From Vitrella brassicaformis CCMP3155 (taxonomy: Eukaryota > Protista > Chromerida), in the NCBI GenBank assembly GCA_001179505.1, contig CDMY01000343.1, forward strand, positions 1 through 64,000: DNA of 64,000 nt, read 5' to 3'. The notes below the pieces were generated by a model. That model was not told where the DNA came from, made no database searches, and saw nothing but the letters and a program-made list of their open reading frames with translations. The translations under genes and the position numbers were made by a program. Positions 48,394 to 60,911 of this stretch are shown here, one piece after another. Position 1 is the first letter of the stretch, and each line of letters opens with the position of its first letter.

Positions 48394-50416
48394 TCATGCA
48401 GTGGTCTTGATGAGATATCCCTCAGCCTTGAGAGCTTTCTTGGTGAGATGCACCGGCACAAACTCATGTGCCCGGGGCTCCGCGTCGAACCTGCCGGTGG
48501 GGTCGGCGATGAACACGCCGAGCACCGTGCGGCCGTACTTGCGGTTGCGCAGACCCACCAGACGACCGTCGCCCATAACCTGCATTGCCATGGCCACGCA
48601 AAGATGTCATCCACGTGTGGGTGCGCGTGTCCGGGTGTGTGTGTGGCACATACGGGCGGCAGGGTGCCGATCTCTGAAGGGTATTCGATGAGCACGATGG
48701 TGTCCTCCTTGATGAGCGGGCTGGAGGCGATGCAGCTGACCAGACGGGAGTAGACCACCTCCTCGTATGGCGGGCACACAAACACCAGGTCAACCGCATC
48801 ACGCAGGGCAAACCGACCCGGGTAGCGGAGCGTCTCCTGTTGACACCACACACACACACAGAGAGAGAGAGAGAGATTACACACAGTGCGTGTGTAGGTG
48901 TCTGACGTTCCAATGCTGACCTCCACGTCTGCACGTATGACGCGGCCCTGTGGCTGAAAGTTGCACTGGCGCAGGTTGTGCACCACCGACTGATGAGAAG
49001 GAAAGAGAGAGGGAGAAAGGAAGATGCACCACACGTGTCACCCACCACTCACCCAGGCATCCATCCTTTTCTCTGTGTGTCACTCACTGACCTACCTGGC
49101 AGCATTCCTTGGAAAGGTCAACGAAGGTGCCCGAGGCCGCTCCCCGTGAGAGCGCCTCGATGCCAACCGCACCCGTGCCGCTGTACAGATCCAGAAAACT
49201 GATCACGCCCACGGACAGACACCCACGGACAGACACCCACGAACATATGCGTGGCTTCCGATTTTCTCTCTCTCCCTCCCTCCCTCACGTGATGGGCTCC
49301 TCTTGATCGAAGACACCAAACTGCGTCAGCATGTTGAACACCGCCTCCCGCACCTACACACGCAGATCGCAGAGAGATCCACCAGGCCAGAGCTCTCCTC
49401 ATGGGTCGGCTCACCTTTGCCATCATGGGCCGCAGGTAGACAGGCGGGGATGTGAGTTTCCGCCCCTTCATGACGCCCCCACCCACCCGCAGCATCGACG
49501 GGTTGTTGGTCCCCGCCTGCACACGGCCCTGAGTCCGCCGAGGGGAACCACCAGACTCTGCATATGCAGTCGCAAAACAAAAGCATGGCTGTGTGTGTGT
49601 GTGTGTGTGTGTGTGTTGGGGGCGTGGGGTGAGGGAGTGACCTTTGAGTGGTGGTGGCATCTTGAGCAGTTTGTATCTGGTCTTCATGTCGCCGCGGACC
49701 TGCCTGGACGCCACCAGTCGGCTGTCGGGCACACCCTCACTGTCCCTGTGTGGCGTGGTGTGGTATGCATGAGAGCAAGAAGGCACTGATGCGTCTGTGG
49801 AGTTACCGGGAATCTGACGGCTCACCTGGATATCTCTCGCCTCCTGGGTGGCTGCAATCAAGCCACACACACATGTGCACACACACCGTGCTTGCAAACA
49901 GAGGCCCCATTGCATCCCATCCCATCTGCCCTTCACTCACTGACCTGTTTTGGCTTCTCTCTCCTGTCGTCGTCGGCCACGTCATCTCCCTCAAACAGCC
50001 CAAGATCCTCTATGTCATCCATCATACCAATCTCGCCACCCTCCCCCCCGACACCCCCATCCACACCCACACCCACATCTAAGCCAGTCGGCGCCGCGTG
50101 CAGCCGACTGACCGGCAACGGAGGCCTGACAACAGACACCATCGCAGGCAGGCGTGGACAGGTGTGAGTCTGGCATGCTGTGCACTGACAGTAGTTGTAG
50201 CAGCGCGCCGGTGTTTGTGATCCTGCAGCACTTGAGCTCGAGCACGCGCAGCTGGCGCAAAGCGGGAGGAAACGCGAACGCCGACACCTGCAATCCAGTC
50301 GTCCACACACACACACACACACCATCCCGTGATGGACAGAGCTGCCATATATCCATTCATGCACACGCATCCCATCTCCCAGCTCACCGTGCTGTTGCAG
50401 CTGCCGCTACCGGCAT
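48394..50416 (-). CDS. rsmD: RsmD-like rRNA (guanine-N2) methyltransferase with long N-terminal extension (probably organellar)
   Basis: LRVGGGVMKGRKL, LRPMMAK|VREAVFNML, FLDLYSGTGAVGIEALSRGA, VFVCPPY, IEYP and RKYGRT. The start codon is uncertain (50416 or ~50585). Confidence 0.88.
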
Positions 50417-50820
50417 TGCTTCTCGTCACGGCTCCCCTCCCCCGCCACGGTCTCTTCTTCAGCCTGTGGCGAACCAGATGCGGCCATGCGGGGATGGACG
50501 ACTGCAGATGCGGCCGATCTGGGCCGGTGGCGGCAGATGCTTCATGCTGCGATGACAGCACACCGTACAGCACGCTCCAAAACATGTTTTTCACCTTCTT
50601 CGTCGTAGAAGCTCGCGCTCGCTAAGCTCGCAGATTTCCCCCTTTTGATGGTGTGAAATCGGCGCCTATTACCCAGGAATCAGTGCATTCATCGCTCGTG
50701 ATCATCCCAGCATCCAGCCCAGCATCCCCTGCTCCAGCTGACTCATCGGTCATCCCTCATCTGCCAGCCATCAGCCGTCCTTCCGTGCTTCAGGACCAGC
50801 CACACAAGGTCAGTCAGGTC

Positions 50821-53365
50821 ATGCAGCAGTTTGAAGTGGAAGATCCTTCCGCATCGGCGCGGGACGGTGCGGACGGTGCTGCGAGAGATGTGAGAGACGG
50901 CCGGACACGGGGAGGCGTTGAGGGGCGCTGGGGCTGGCTGCGGACGAGGCTGGGGAAGGTGTCGATTGCGGTGGTCATCGTGGCCTTTGTGGCGATGCTC
51001 TTGGTAATGGGTGTGTGTGTGCGGCCGGTCGATGAATGACAGACAGACAGACAGACAGACAGAGAGGCAGGCAGGCAGGCATCACAGTGCAGTGTGTGTT
51101 GGATGTGTGTGTGCTGTTGTTATCTGTTTGTAGAATTGGGGGTTCGAGGGTCGGGACCGTGAGGATGCCCATGACAGCGTGGCCCGCTGGGTGCGGCACC
51201 TCAGGCCCTACAAGACCGCATTCGCCACTCTATACCGTGAGACGCTAGACAGACAGACACGCACAGAGAGAGAGAGGGGGGGGGGGGAGAGAGAGAGAGA
51301 CGAGTCTGCCCATGTGTGTGTGGTGGGCGTGTCATGGACGGCTGAATGCAGTTGACCCCAGGCGTGCGCACCGTCTGCTGCTGCAGTTCCCTTTGCCCTT
51401 CCTCAAAGACCCCACCGCACAGGCAAGGCACACTCACCCACACACCCACACACGCACACACATACATCCATCCATCCATCCGGTGCCTCATGTGTGGCAA
51501 GTATGTGTCTGTGTGGGTGTGGGTGTAGGTGTTGGTGACGAGTGTGTTTGCCCGCGGCCCGTACTCGCACTACCCGGCCAGCTATGGCAGCGACATCGTT
51601 CTCGAGTTCAGACTCACTGCCGATGACACCGGTGAGTCAATGGGCACATGTAGTGGTCCAGTGGTTCATTGGTCCATTCCTTCAGCTGTGGAGGTGCGTC
51701 GTGTGCCGCTGGAGATGCGCACATCTGACCCACAATCGGTGTACACCGTCAAGAAGGCTCTATGGACAGGCAAGGCATGCACGGCACTGACCCACTCGTG
51801 TATCCATCCATTCCACCTTCTCCCATTCCTCGCAGGGTGGCTGGTGGATCTGCCGATATTGGCTCGAGGTCAGCCCTACGGCCCCCACACGCACACCCAC
51901 ACCCACACACAGCAGCAGCAGCAGCAGCAGAAGGGCGCCCCACAGCCGTATGCCAAAGCGGATGTGGTGCTGGTGGACGCCTGGGTGGGTGGGTGGGTGC
52001 GTGAGTTGATCAGAGGCACATGGAGAGTGTATGTCAGGCATGAGAGTGCGGTGTGAGAGTGTGTGTGTTTGTTTGGACAGGGATTGACGGCGAATGGGTT
52101 CTTTCAGTCGTCCGTGAAGCCGAGAGAGGTCGTAGGTACGTCAGCAGTCAGCCAAGGCGGATACCTACCAAGATGATTCTTTGCTCCATGGTGTGTGCGT
52201 GTGTGGGTGTGTGATAGGCGTGAAGGTAGACATGAACGACACGCGAGCGTACCACATCAACTTCGCCACCACCGTCCACCACCTCATGCAGGAACGGGAC
52301 AACAGATGTCAGCACACCCACAGCCGACACACACACGCACTGACCGATTGCTCGCCCATCCATCCATCCATCCATCTGTGTGAGCAGATCCCCTCTCCAT
52401 AACATACACAGTCTCTTTGCTTCCATACCCACTGCTGCCAGGGAGGGTGGCCGACGACAGGGTAAGCCTTTAAGCCAAGCGTCCACCATCGAGCCTCCGT
52501 CGGTGCGTGTGTGTGTATGTCTGTGTGTGTGTGCAGGTGGGATACTTCACCAGCACCTACTACGACGTCGGCTACCACCGGCCAATGTGGGAAGGGATGA
52601 GCGAAGCGAATAGCAACAACAGCAACACACGATGGGCCGGCTGTTGGTACGGGTAAGACAGTAGGTCAGAGACCACTCACTGCTCATGGCGGGTCGGTGC
52701 ACTCACTGTGGTCGTGTGTGTGTGTGTGTTGGGTGTCTGTCACCAGGCATGGCGAGGGCTACTATGAGTATGCCACCAGCAACAATGCCACGAGCAGCCG
52801 CATCAACTGCGTCAGGACCAAACGGCTGTCGGAATATGTCGACAGAGAGGTGTGAGCATTGACACACACACGCACACACACACACACACACATTTGTATG
52901 TCTGTTTGTACGGCGGCAGGTGACAGTAATCCAACGCCGCCGTCTCCTGCCGGCAGACAGCCAGAGAAACGTCTCATACCCACTGCTCTACTTCATTGGT
53001 ACACACACACACATAGACGATTTCCGGCGTCCGTGTCTGACGCGTTCTTCCTTCAGACCCCTCAGTGCCTGTCCGGTGGCGGCCCGCCATGTGTCGTGGC
53101 GTCGAGAAGTGGAACCAGGCCTTCAAGCTCCTGGGATATGACCCACACTATCAGAGCCGTCGCACCTGGTCAGTGAGTGACCAATGTTCTGCAGATGTGC
53201 AGATGCGCGATGGATGGATGGATGCGCGTGTGTGTGTGTGTTGGAGCAGGCGACGCACGGTGGCCGGCAGACTACAGTGTGGGCGACATGCGGTACAACA
53301 CCATCACCTGGGGAGCGGCACTCGACCGCATATTCGCAATCGGTACACATATATACGCACACACA

Positions 53366-53402
<37 letters not shown>

Positions 53403-56400
53403 GTGGTGTGGCCATTGTGCAGGTCCATCGGTGATAGACCCACGCAGTGGTGAGATCCTCAAGAGCGACATTTTCTTCACCGAGGGGTGGATCAAGTCAT
53501 TCATCAACCAGTTCGAGCGAAGATACCCTCAGATCTACACACAAGAAGAAGAAGGTCGGCTCACCCCTCCCCCCCCTCCCCCTCCCCTCCCCGAAACACA
53601 CACACATATGATGCTCTTTCTTCCGAACGTCCATCCGCCAGGTGATGACCGCCAGCAGTCGTCGTCTATCGTCGAGCATTTCATTTCCTCAATGCCAAAT
53701 GCCGACAGCGACGCGCTGAGGGGTCTGCTGTCCAACGCCCAGCTGACCGACAGGGAGCTCATCGAGGGCTTTCTGCGCGCCCACTCTAACACCGAGAACA
53801 CCGACGCACGGGGAACGAGATACACAAAACACGGTGCCACACAGAGAGAGAGAGGCGTGGGCGCACCAATGGTGGTGTGTGGGCGGGTGGGTGGGTGTGT
53901 GTGTGTGTAGCTGTCCCCGGACTGCACGAGCGCATGGCGCACGAGGCGCGTGACGGCTCCTTTGTGGCGCTGAAGCTGATGTACCACCAACACATGAAGG
54001 ACGAAGAGAGCAGAAGACAGCTGCAGAGAAAGAGTCAGTCAGACACCCACACACATACCCTCCCACTTATGGGACCCATCAGTACGTGTTGTGTGTGCGT
54101 GTGCATGTGATTGATGGTGGCATGGCAGGCGGCAACGTGACCAATGTCGTGAGGGATGCGGCCACGTCGTCACACGCGTGGATGCCAAATGATCAACGCA
54201 CCCTCCAAGGTACAGACAGAGCCAAGCGGCTTCCAAGCCTGTGTGTATGTGTCGGCTGACTGCAATGCTATCAACGCAATGCAGGCGGCAACTCGACGAC
54301 TGATGATGGTGTCGATGGTGCCGGATGGCCGAGTGGCAGCTGGAGTTGGTATGAGCGAATATTGGAGGCCGGGCTGGAAGACGTCGTCACACACGAAGTA
54401 AGCGACTCAGTGAGTGGATGGATGGATGGATGGCATCCAACCAGTACTTACCGACACACACGAATCGAATGCTGCGGGTGTGAACCGACAGGTCGGCCAC
54501 ACACTGGGGCTGCGGCACAACTTCAAGTGACTAGTGAATGAGTGAATGACGACATTCCGGCCAGACACACAAACAAATAAACTGCCCCCCTGTGTGTATG
54601 TTCCTCCCTCCCCCTCTGCGTGTCTGCCTGCCTCTGTGCGGGCGGTGTGTTGCGTCAGGGCGTCCACCACCATCCCGTGGGAGCAGCTCACCAACGCCAC
54701 ATACATCTGCAAACACGGGCAAGTTCGTCGGTGGCCTGCAGGCCCCACACCCCACGACGCATCCACGCGTGTGTGTGTGTGTGTGTGTGTGCAGGTTGGG
54801 CAGCAGTGTGATGGATTACACTGCGGTCAACATGGCTGCCGGGGTGGCCGACGACGCACTCTACTTCAGCCCCACTATCGGAGACTACGACAAACTCGCA
54901 ATACGGTCAGCCGGATATATACTACACAATCAACACACACGTAATAATCCTTCGCACGTGTGTGGTGTGCATCGCGTAGATTCGGCTACCGACGGCTGGA
55001 GGATGAGGTCAGCCATCACGACAGACACAGACAGACATGTGTGTGTTGTGTGATGGTGACGTTTGTCTGCCCTGCCTGTAGGTGTCGGGTGTGCCGCACC
55101 CCTCGTCCCTCTCGCTGCTGTCCTCTGAACCGATGGCGTTCGCCACTGACGAGGACGACCCCGACGCCAGCGGAACGGACCCATACAACAACGTGGTGAG
55201 CGTCGTGTGTGGCTGTCTGTGTGTGTTTGCATAGCATTCTGTGGTGTGCACTTGCTTGCTTTGGTTGGTTGGCTGCAGCGAGATCTCAGCAACCCGCTGC
55301 AGGTGTCTGTCCGCAGAGGATACAGAGGATCATACGTGTGCATCTATCCTTCGCATCTGTTTGTGTGCATGCGCCTTGCTCAGTTCTACTTGAACGAGCT
55401 CGAGTACGTCAAGGTACGGAGAACCAACACCAACACACACGTGTGACAAACACGCATCCATCGAGGGGCGAGTGAAGTGAGTGCACTCACTCACTATACC
55501 TACCGCAGAACATCCGTTCGGTGCTGCTGGAGAGTTCCGTGCTGCCAGGGGAGGATATGTCGCGCCTCGCAGAGGCAGAAATGACCATCCTCGGCAGAGT
55601 ACACCCACCCACCTCACCAAGCACACACACACACACACACACGAATGGATGTCTGTGTGGATGTCTGTGTGTATGTGTGAAGGTGATGACGGCTGGCATG
55701 TATCTCTCCAAGTTCCTCGGTGGTGTGGTGCTGACCAAGGATCCCAAACCAACACCAACACAGGCAAACGAGATGATGGCAGAGGCAACAGCCGCCATGG
55801 CCCCGCCCGCATTAGCTGTGGACGGCAACAGGCAGCAGGAGGCCCTGGAAGCCATCACCGAGGTTCGTATACACATCTGACCGACAGAGAGTGCACTGCA
55901 CCTGGGGAAGGAAACCAATACACACATGTGTGTGTGTAGTCAGATATTGACAGGTGTGCCTGCGCGTGACGATCGTCGCGGCAAGGGGAGCCGGGGGAAA
56001 AGGAAAAGCGGTGTGGATGGCCGGGGGTCGTCGCTGTACCCCTCACCCGAATCGGTGCAGTATCTGGTACGATGAATGCATAGCGACCACAGCCGCACAC
56101 AACACACGCGTTTCGGTGCCCATGTCATGTGTGTTTTGGTGTTGGTGTCAATCAATGTGTCTGTCAGGTGCGTCGTGTGGGCGTGTGCAGCGGCCCCACC
56201 CGCTTCTGCATGGGCAGAGAACCGCTGGACATCCTCGCATCAATCGACTGTATGCGACCGATCCACCACCCACACGGACAGACAGACACACAGGCAGGCA
56301 GACAGGCATACAGTCTATCCGTCTGCTGCTCATTCATGTCTGTATATGTGTGTTTGTGATTTGTTGGCTGATCGATCGTCCAGCGCTGCAGAAGCTGCTG

Positions 56401-57008
56401 CTGCTATTCATCTTCCTTCCCCGTCGCCTGGTCCGCCTGCGGACACTCTCCTGGCTCTCTGCCGACTATGGCAGTGGCTCTCGGGCATCGTCGCCACCCT
56501 TGGCCACGGCCCCTCCCCCAGCAACCATTCAGCCGGGCACACTCGAGCAGCCAGACGAGCAGCCGATGGTGACGCATACGGGCGGCAATGAGACGTTCTC
56601 TGCCGACTACATGACGACCGACGAGAGGCGAGAGCTGAGAGGGAGAGGCGGCAACGATCGGGAAAGTCCTTTCACGACAAGCAGACTTGTGAAAGAGGTA
56701 CACAGTACATGTTGACAGACCGACAAGCCCAGCATATGTGTACCTTCCATGTGTGTGGCAGCTTGGATCGTCTTTGTGGCCCGAGTTCCCTTCCCGTGGT
56801 GGTGCAGCGAGCGTTGGCCGCGAGCCGCTAGCCTTTCGCGCAGTGCGGTCGCCTCAACGATGGAGTCTGCAGATATTCTGGATCGAGCTGATGGGTGCTC
56901 TCGCTGACGGCCTTCTGCCTATCCAGGAGCTGCGTGCATCGGCCACTACAGAGCTATGGCGAATACAGGTCGGTAGAGGGATGGAGATGGCAAAAATGTC
57001 GTTTGGCG

Positions 57009-57046
<38 letters not shown>

Positions 57047-57192
57047 TGTGTATTCAGGCTGTGTTGACAAGTCTGAAGGACGATAAGCGGCTGATGAGCG
57101 GCCCTCTTGCCGACCTGCCGTCGCATTTGCGGCTGTGCGAGCAGACGCTTGATGAGACACTCGATCCGCTGAGGCGGGGCAGAGGGAGATGA
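50821..57192 (+). CDS. Membrane-anchored zinc metalloprotease of bacterial met-zincin type (EcxA/DUF4953-DUF5117-like), more than 20 exons
   Basis: N-terminal TM SIAVVIVAFVAMLLVM, RVADDR|VGYF, GVEKWNQAF..LG, GDMRYNTITW, GPSVIDPRSGEILKSDI, THE|VGHTLGLRHNF (HExxHxxGxxH), SSVMDY (Met-turn) and IGDYDKLAIR|FGY. Stop TGA at 57190-57192. Confidence 0.9.
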
Positions 57193-57816
57193 CCTGGGTG
57201 GTGTATCTATCGATTGCATGGTGTGATGGCTGCATTCATATATGCATATGTCGATAGATATGATGTGATGACTAGGAGAACGACAGACTATATTTTGGCT
57301 ATCGTCATCTTTTGAATGATTGCTTTTCAGTGTGTTTCATGGGCGAGAGGGCATTGAATCAGCAATGAGACATGAAAAACATGAAGATGTAAAGAGGTCT
57401 GCATGAAGTGTATGACGATAAGCTATAATAAAATCTACTAGGACGGATGTCTGTTTGTAGCAGGATGCCTCGGCGAGATAACAGGAAAACATGTGCTCCG
57501 ACAATGCTTTCATTATGGGTTCGGTCGGACGGCGCCTTCTGGGGCGGCGACGGATCCCGTTCTTGTCCGTTGCCTGTCAAGTCACAGCCATTGACACACA
57601 TGCACAAGACGCACGGGTGTATAGTCAGCGACATGTCTCTTCACTTCGTGACTCTCTCTAGTTGTGCCTGGCTGGCTGCTGACTGGCTGGCTTGACTCGT
57701 GTTGCTCGGTCGTACGTACCTGAGGTCGGTCCCGTCGTCGACCTGCTGTTGCTCTGTGGTCTCGTCCGCTCACTCTGGCTCGTACTCGGGCTCGGCCCGT
57801 GTTCCTCCGGAATCAT

Positions 57817-57873
57817 ATCACATCACATCATGACTCATGCTTTTGGATTCGCTTTAGGTGTCAGCGATGACCT
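57817..57873 (+). repeat. ~57-bp direct repeat, copy 1 (copy 2 at 60389-60447)
   Basis: atcacatcacatcatgactcatgc(tg)ttttggattcgcttt(a/g)ggtgtcagcgatgacct is present at both loci. Confidence 0.9.
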
Positions 57874-58036
57874 GGCTGTTCGTCACTCTGACTGTGTGTG
57901 TCTGACTGACTTGTTAATAGTACTCCCCTAAGTCAGCTCCCTAGTCTGATTGGGGTGATTTGGCTTGCCACCTGCTAGCCGTTTACCTCTAGGTGCCTCG
58001 TCGGATGGGGTTCTCTCGTACTCGCGCCACACGGCT

Positions 58037-59982
58037 TCAAAGTCGTCGAAATTGAGCTGGTTCCCCTCCCTCAGAAGCACCAGCCTCTTTCGGAGAGGCG
58101 TCCTCCTCAGAAGCACTAGCCTCTTTCGGAGGGGCGCCCTCCTCAGAAGCACTAGCCTCTTTCGGAGGGGCGTCTTTTCAAGAGTCCAACTCCATCTCTA
58201 CCTCGTCCACTATCTTCCTGAGCCTGTTCGCGCTGGCGATGGTCCTTGGCCCTCCGAGCATGGCTCGCACATACGTCTTGACTTTCTCGGCGTCCATTCG
58301 ACCGTCTATGGTGAAGAGTTCGTGAGTAACTTCGGCAGGTGCCGTCGGTGCCGTGTAGCCTGCGATGTTGTTGGCTATCTCGTTTAGAGTCGTCGGTACT
58401 GCTGTGGAGATTTTCTGGTCGCCACTCAAACGGGCTGCTGCTCTGAGCATGGCTTTCGTCTGCTCCAGAAAATTCGCGCCAGCCGGCTCGGCTCCCCCCT
58501 TCCTCTCGATTTCCGAGCAGTTCTTGAGCATGCCCACGCAACCCGCATCTGGCATACGCACACGCACACATGCATGCGTGCCTTCAGGTATCATGCTGCT
58601 CTGTATGTGAGTGAAGCTGCTTTGGTCGGTGGTTTACCTGCTGCAGCATACACCGGTTGTGAAGTGCGAAGTGCGAGGATGGTATTAGTCCAGCCACTGC
58701 TCCAGCTCGTGACAGAACTGTCGGTCAGTCATCTTCTTCCGTAGCTCCCGTCAGTTCAACATACCGTCATCATCACGAAGGCCACATAGCGAAAACACAA
58801 CCGGCACGCCACCCGTGAAGTCGCGAGGCAACTCGACCATTCACCAACGCTCAGGGTCCAAACGACTCTCGCCTACCCGCAGAAACGCGGTGGTATTGGC
58901 GTACTGAGACGCTTGCTGGCCGTGCTTCGGGTTGTGGCACAACTTGCACGGCGCATTGACCGTGATAGAGTTCTCTCCCTTGACACAATCGGTAACACCC
59001 ATGTCAATGGAGATCATCCTGTGGGAAAACACAAAAAAGAGAAAGACACACATCCAGGAGCAAAGCGCCTCGTCGGGTGGGGGGTTATTGTAAAGGTCAC
59101 TGTATGTGTATGAAGCGCACAGCGTCAGGCGTCATGAGAATAATCTGAGTGGAGAAACACACCCAGTGACCCACACACACACGGAGGAGCTGAGTCGTGC
59201 TTTTCCCTGACCTGCCCCTCCCCCACCATTCCTCCCTCCCCTGACAGGTGTCAAAGGGTACCTGCAGACCCGCATTGACGTAGCAAGTCGTCCCAAAGTT
59301 GTGCCAGCCTGGAGGTCCGATCTGGAGAGCAGGGGGTGGAGAGCAGGTCAGCGTCAGCGACCGACAGGTTGGTGCCCATGGTGTACCGAATACGCAACAT
59401 GCATGGTGCGTGCAGCCATGAGTACTGTTGAGGGTATAGAAGAAGGCAAGTCGCATATCCTGATTCAACTCGAACAGGTGTTCCCAGATGTGTAGCCGGA
59501 CAGGAGTCGCGGGGTTGCAGGTACCGTTGCAGGTGGGTGTAGGGAGAATGGCCGGGCCAGCGATTATTGCGACAGAGCGGCCTTGGAGACTGAGCCTCCA
59601 CACACCCGCGATGGACGGCCCAACACCCTCTTCACGCCCGGCTTATCAAACCTCCATCCAGACCCCAGTGCCTTCGCTCCTTTGCCCCGCGGCACTTGGC
59701 TGAATTCCCACTGGCCATCAGCAACTTCGAGCTGGCCGCTGATACCGCTGATGCTCTGCACGTCGTCACCGTCAGTGAATGATCTTGGTACCGCTTGGAG
59801 TAGGTCGAGGCCTGAATCAAGAGGGCGTCCTGTGGGTTGGTCTCATCGGGCTTGTCCCCCTCGTGGAACTGCAGCTTGTGAGCCTCCTGGGTTGGGATTA
59901 TGTCGGCGCGGTACAGCACGCCGTCCCAGGCATCTTGCATACGGCGCTCTACGTTGTCATTGTTCTGCTGGTTGGCCACCTG

Positions 59983-59985
<3 letters not shown>
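58037..59985 (-). pseudogene. Degenerate gene containing a ubiquitin-specific protease (C19) Cys box
   Basis: GWHNFGTTCYVNAGLQ|IILMTP resembles GLxNxGNTCYxNSxLQxL. In-frame stops at 58841, 58751, 58685 and 58178, plus apparent frameshifts near 59785 and 59105. No His box found. Confidence 0.65.
58067..58173 (-). repeat. 36-bp tandem repeat x3 encoding DAPPKEASASEE
   Basis: Unit ctcctcagaagcactagcctctttcggaggggcg(c/t)c on the + strand; three copies with few substitutions. Confidence 0.92.
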
Positions 59986-60013
<28 letters not shown>

Positions 60014-60388
60014 CACAGGACACGCCGTCATTGGTCGATGCGTCTTGGCAACATACCGGTGAATTCGGTGGGGGGCGCGCACCTGGAAGTCGGTGCCGAA
60101 CAGCCTGGAAGTCGGTGCCGAACAGCGATGGGCCGATAGAACAGGGATGCCATGCAGGACTTCTGATGCGAGGGATTGCATCTGTCTCGTCTCTCGCGAC
60201 TCTCCGACACTTGCAGCGAGCCATTGCGTCACTTGCAGAAGCTGAGAAGGCTACAGAGCGTTGTCAATGCTGCGCTATACGTCATGCTCGCCGAGAGAAT
60301 CCCAGCCAAATCGTAAACTAGCCTTGAGGGGCAATGTACTCTACTTGGATACGATAGCGTCCTCCTGTGTGCCTCTCTGGGTGTGGAG

Positions 60389-60447
60389 ATCACATCACAT
60401 CATGACTCATGCTGTTTTGGATTCGCTTTGGGTGTCAGCGATGACCT
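60389..60447 (+). repeat. ~59-bp direct repeat, copy 2 (copy 1 at 57817-57873)
   Basis: Same sequence as 57817-57873 with a 2-bp insertion and one substitution. Confidence 0.9.
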
Positions 60448-60911
60448 ATTGTAATGTGTGTGTGCCATGGCTGGATGTTGTAATCGTTTCTGTCAGACTC
60501 GATGACTGAATGGCTTCTCTCACATGAACGAGTGAGCGAAAAGCACAATTCAGCGGCAAACTGAAACTCGCTCCAGTGGTGTGGTTTGGTTTGGTGTGCC
60601 GGGCGGCTCGACACGCTGACGAACATGATGCACATGACTTGATGCGTTAAAAGGAAGTCACCACACACACACACACACACACACATCACGCCGTGCATCG
60701 CCAGACATGAGCAGGAGGCCGCCAAGGTTCTAAGAAAGGCCCATACGCAACAACCAGTCGAGAGGAAAAACCCATCGCCGATCTGTCTGTCTATCTGTCA
60801 CTCTTAGATAATAATGGTGTGCATCCGACACATCGCTCTCTCCTGGGCCTCAAACCGTCCCCCGTCTCGTAGCCGGTGAGCACCTCCTGCGTCAACAGGT
60901 CACGTCATCGA

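Noticed and set aside
58178-58843. Stop-codon reassignment or programmed readthrough explaining the in-frame TGA/TAA
   Set aside because: Intact genes in the window terminate normally at TGA, TAA and TAG, and the same locus also has frameshifts. Pseudogenisation is simpler.
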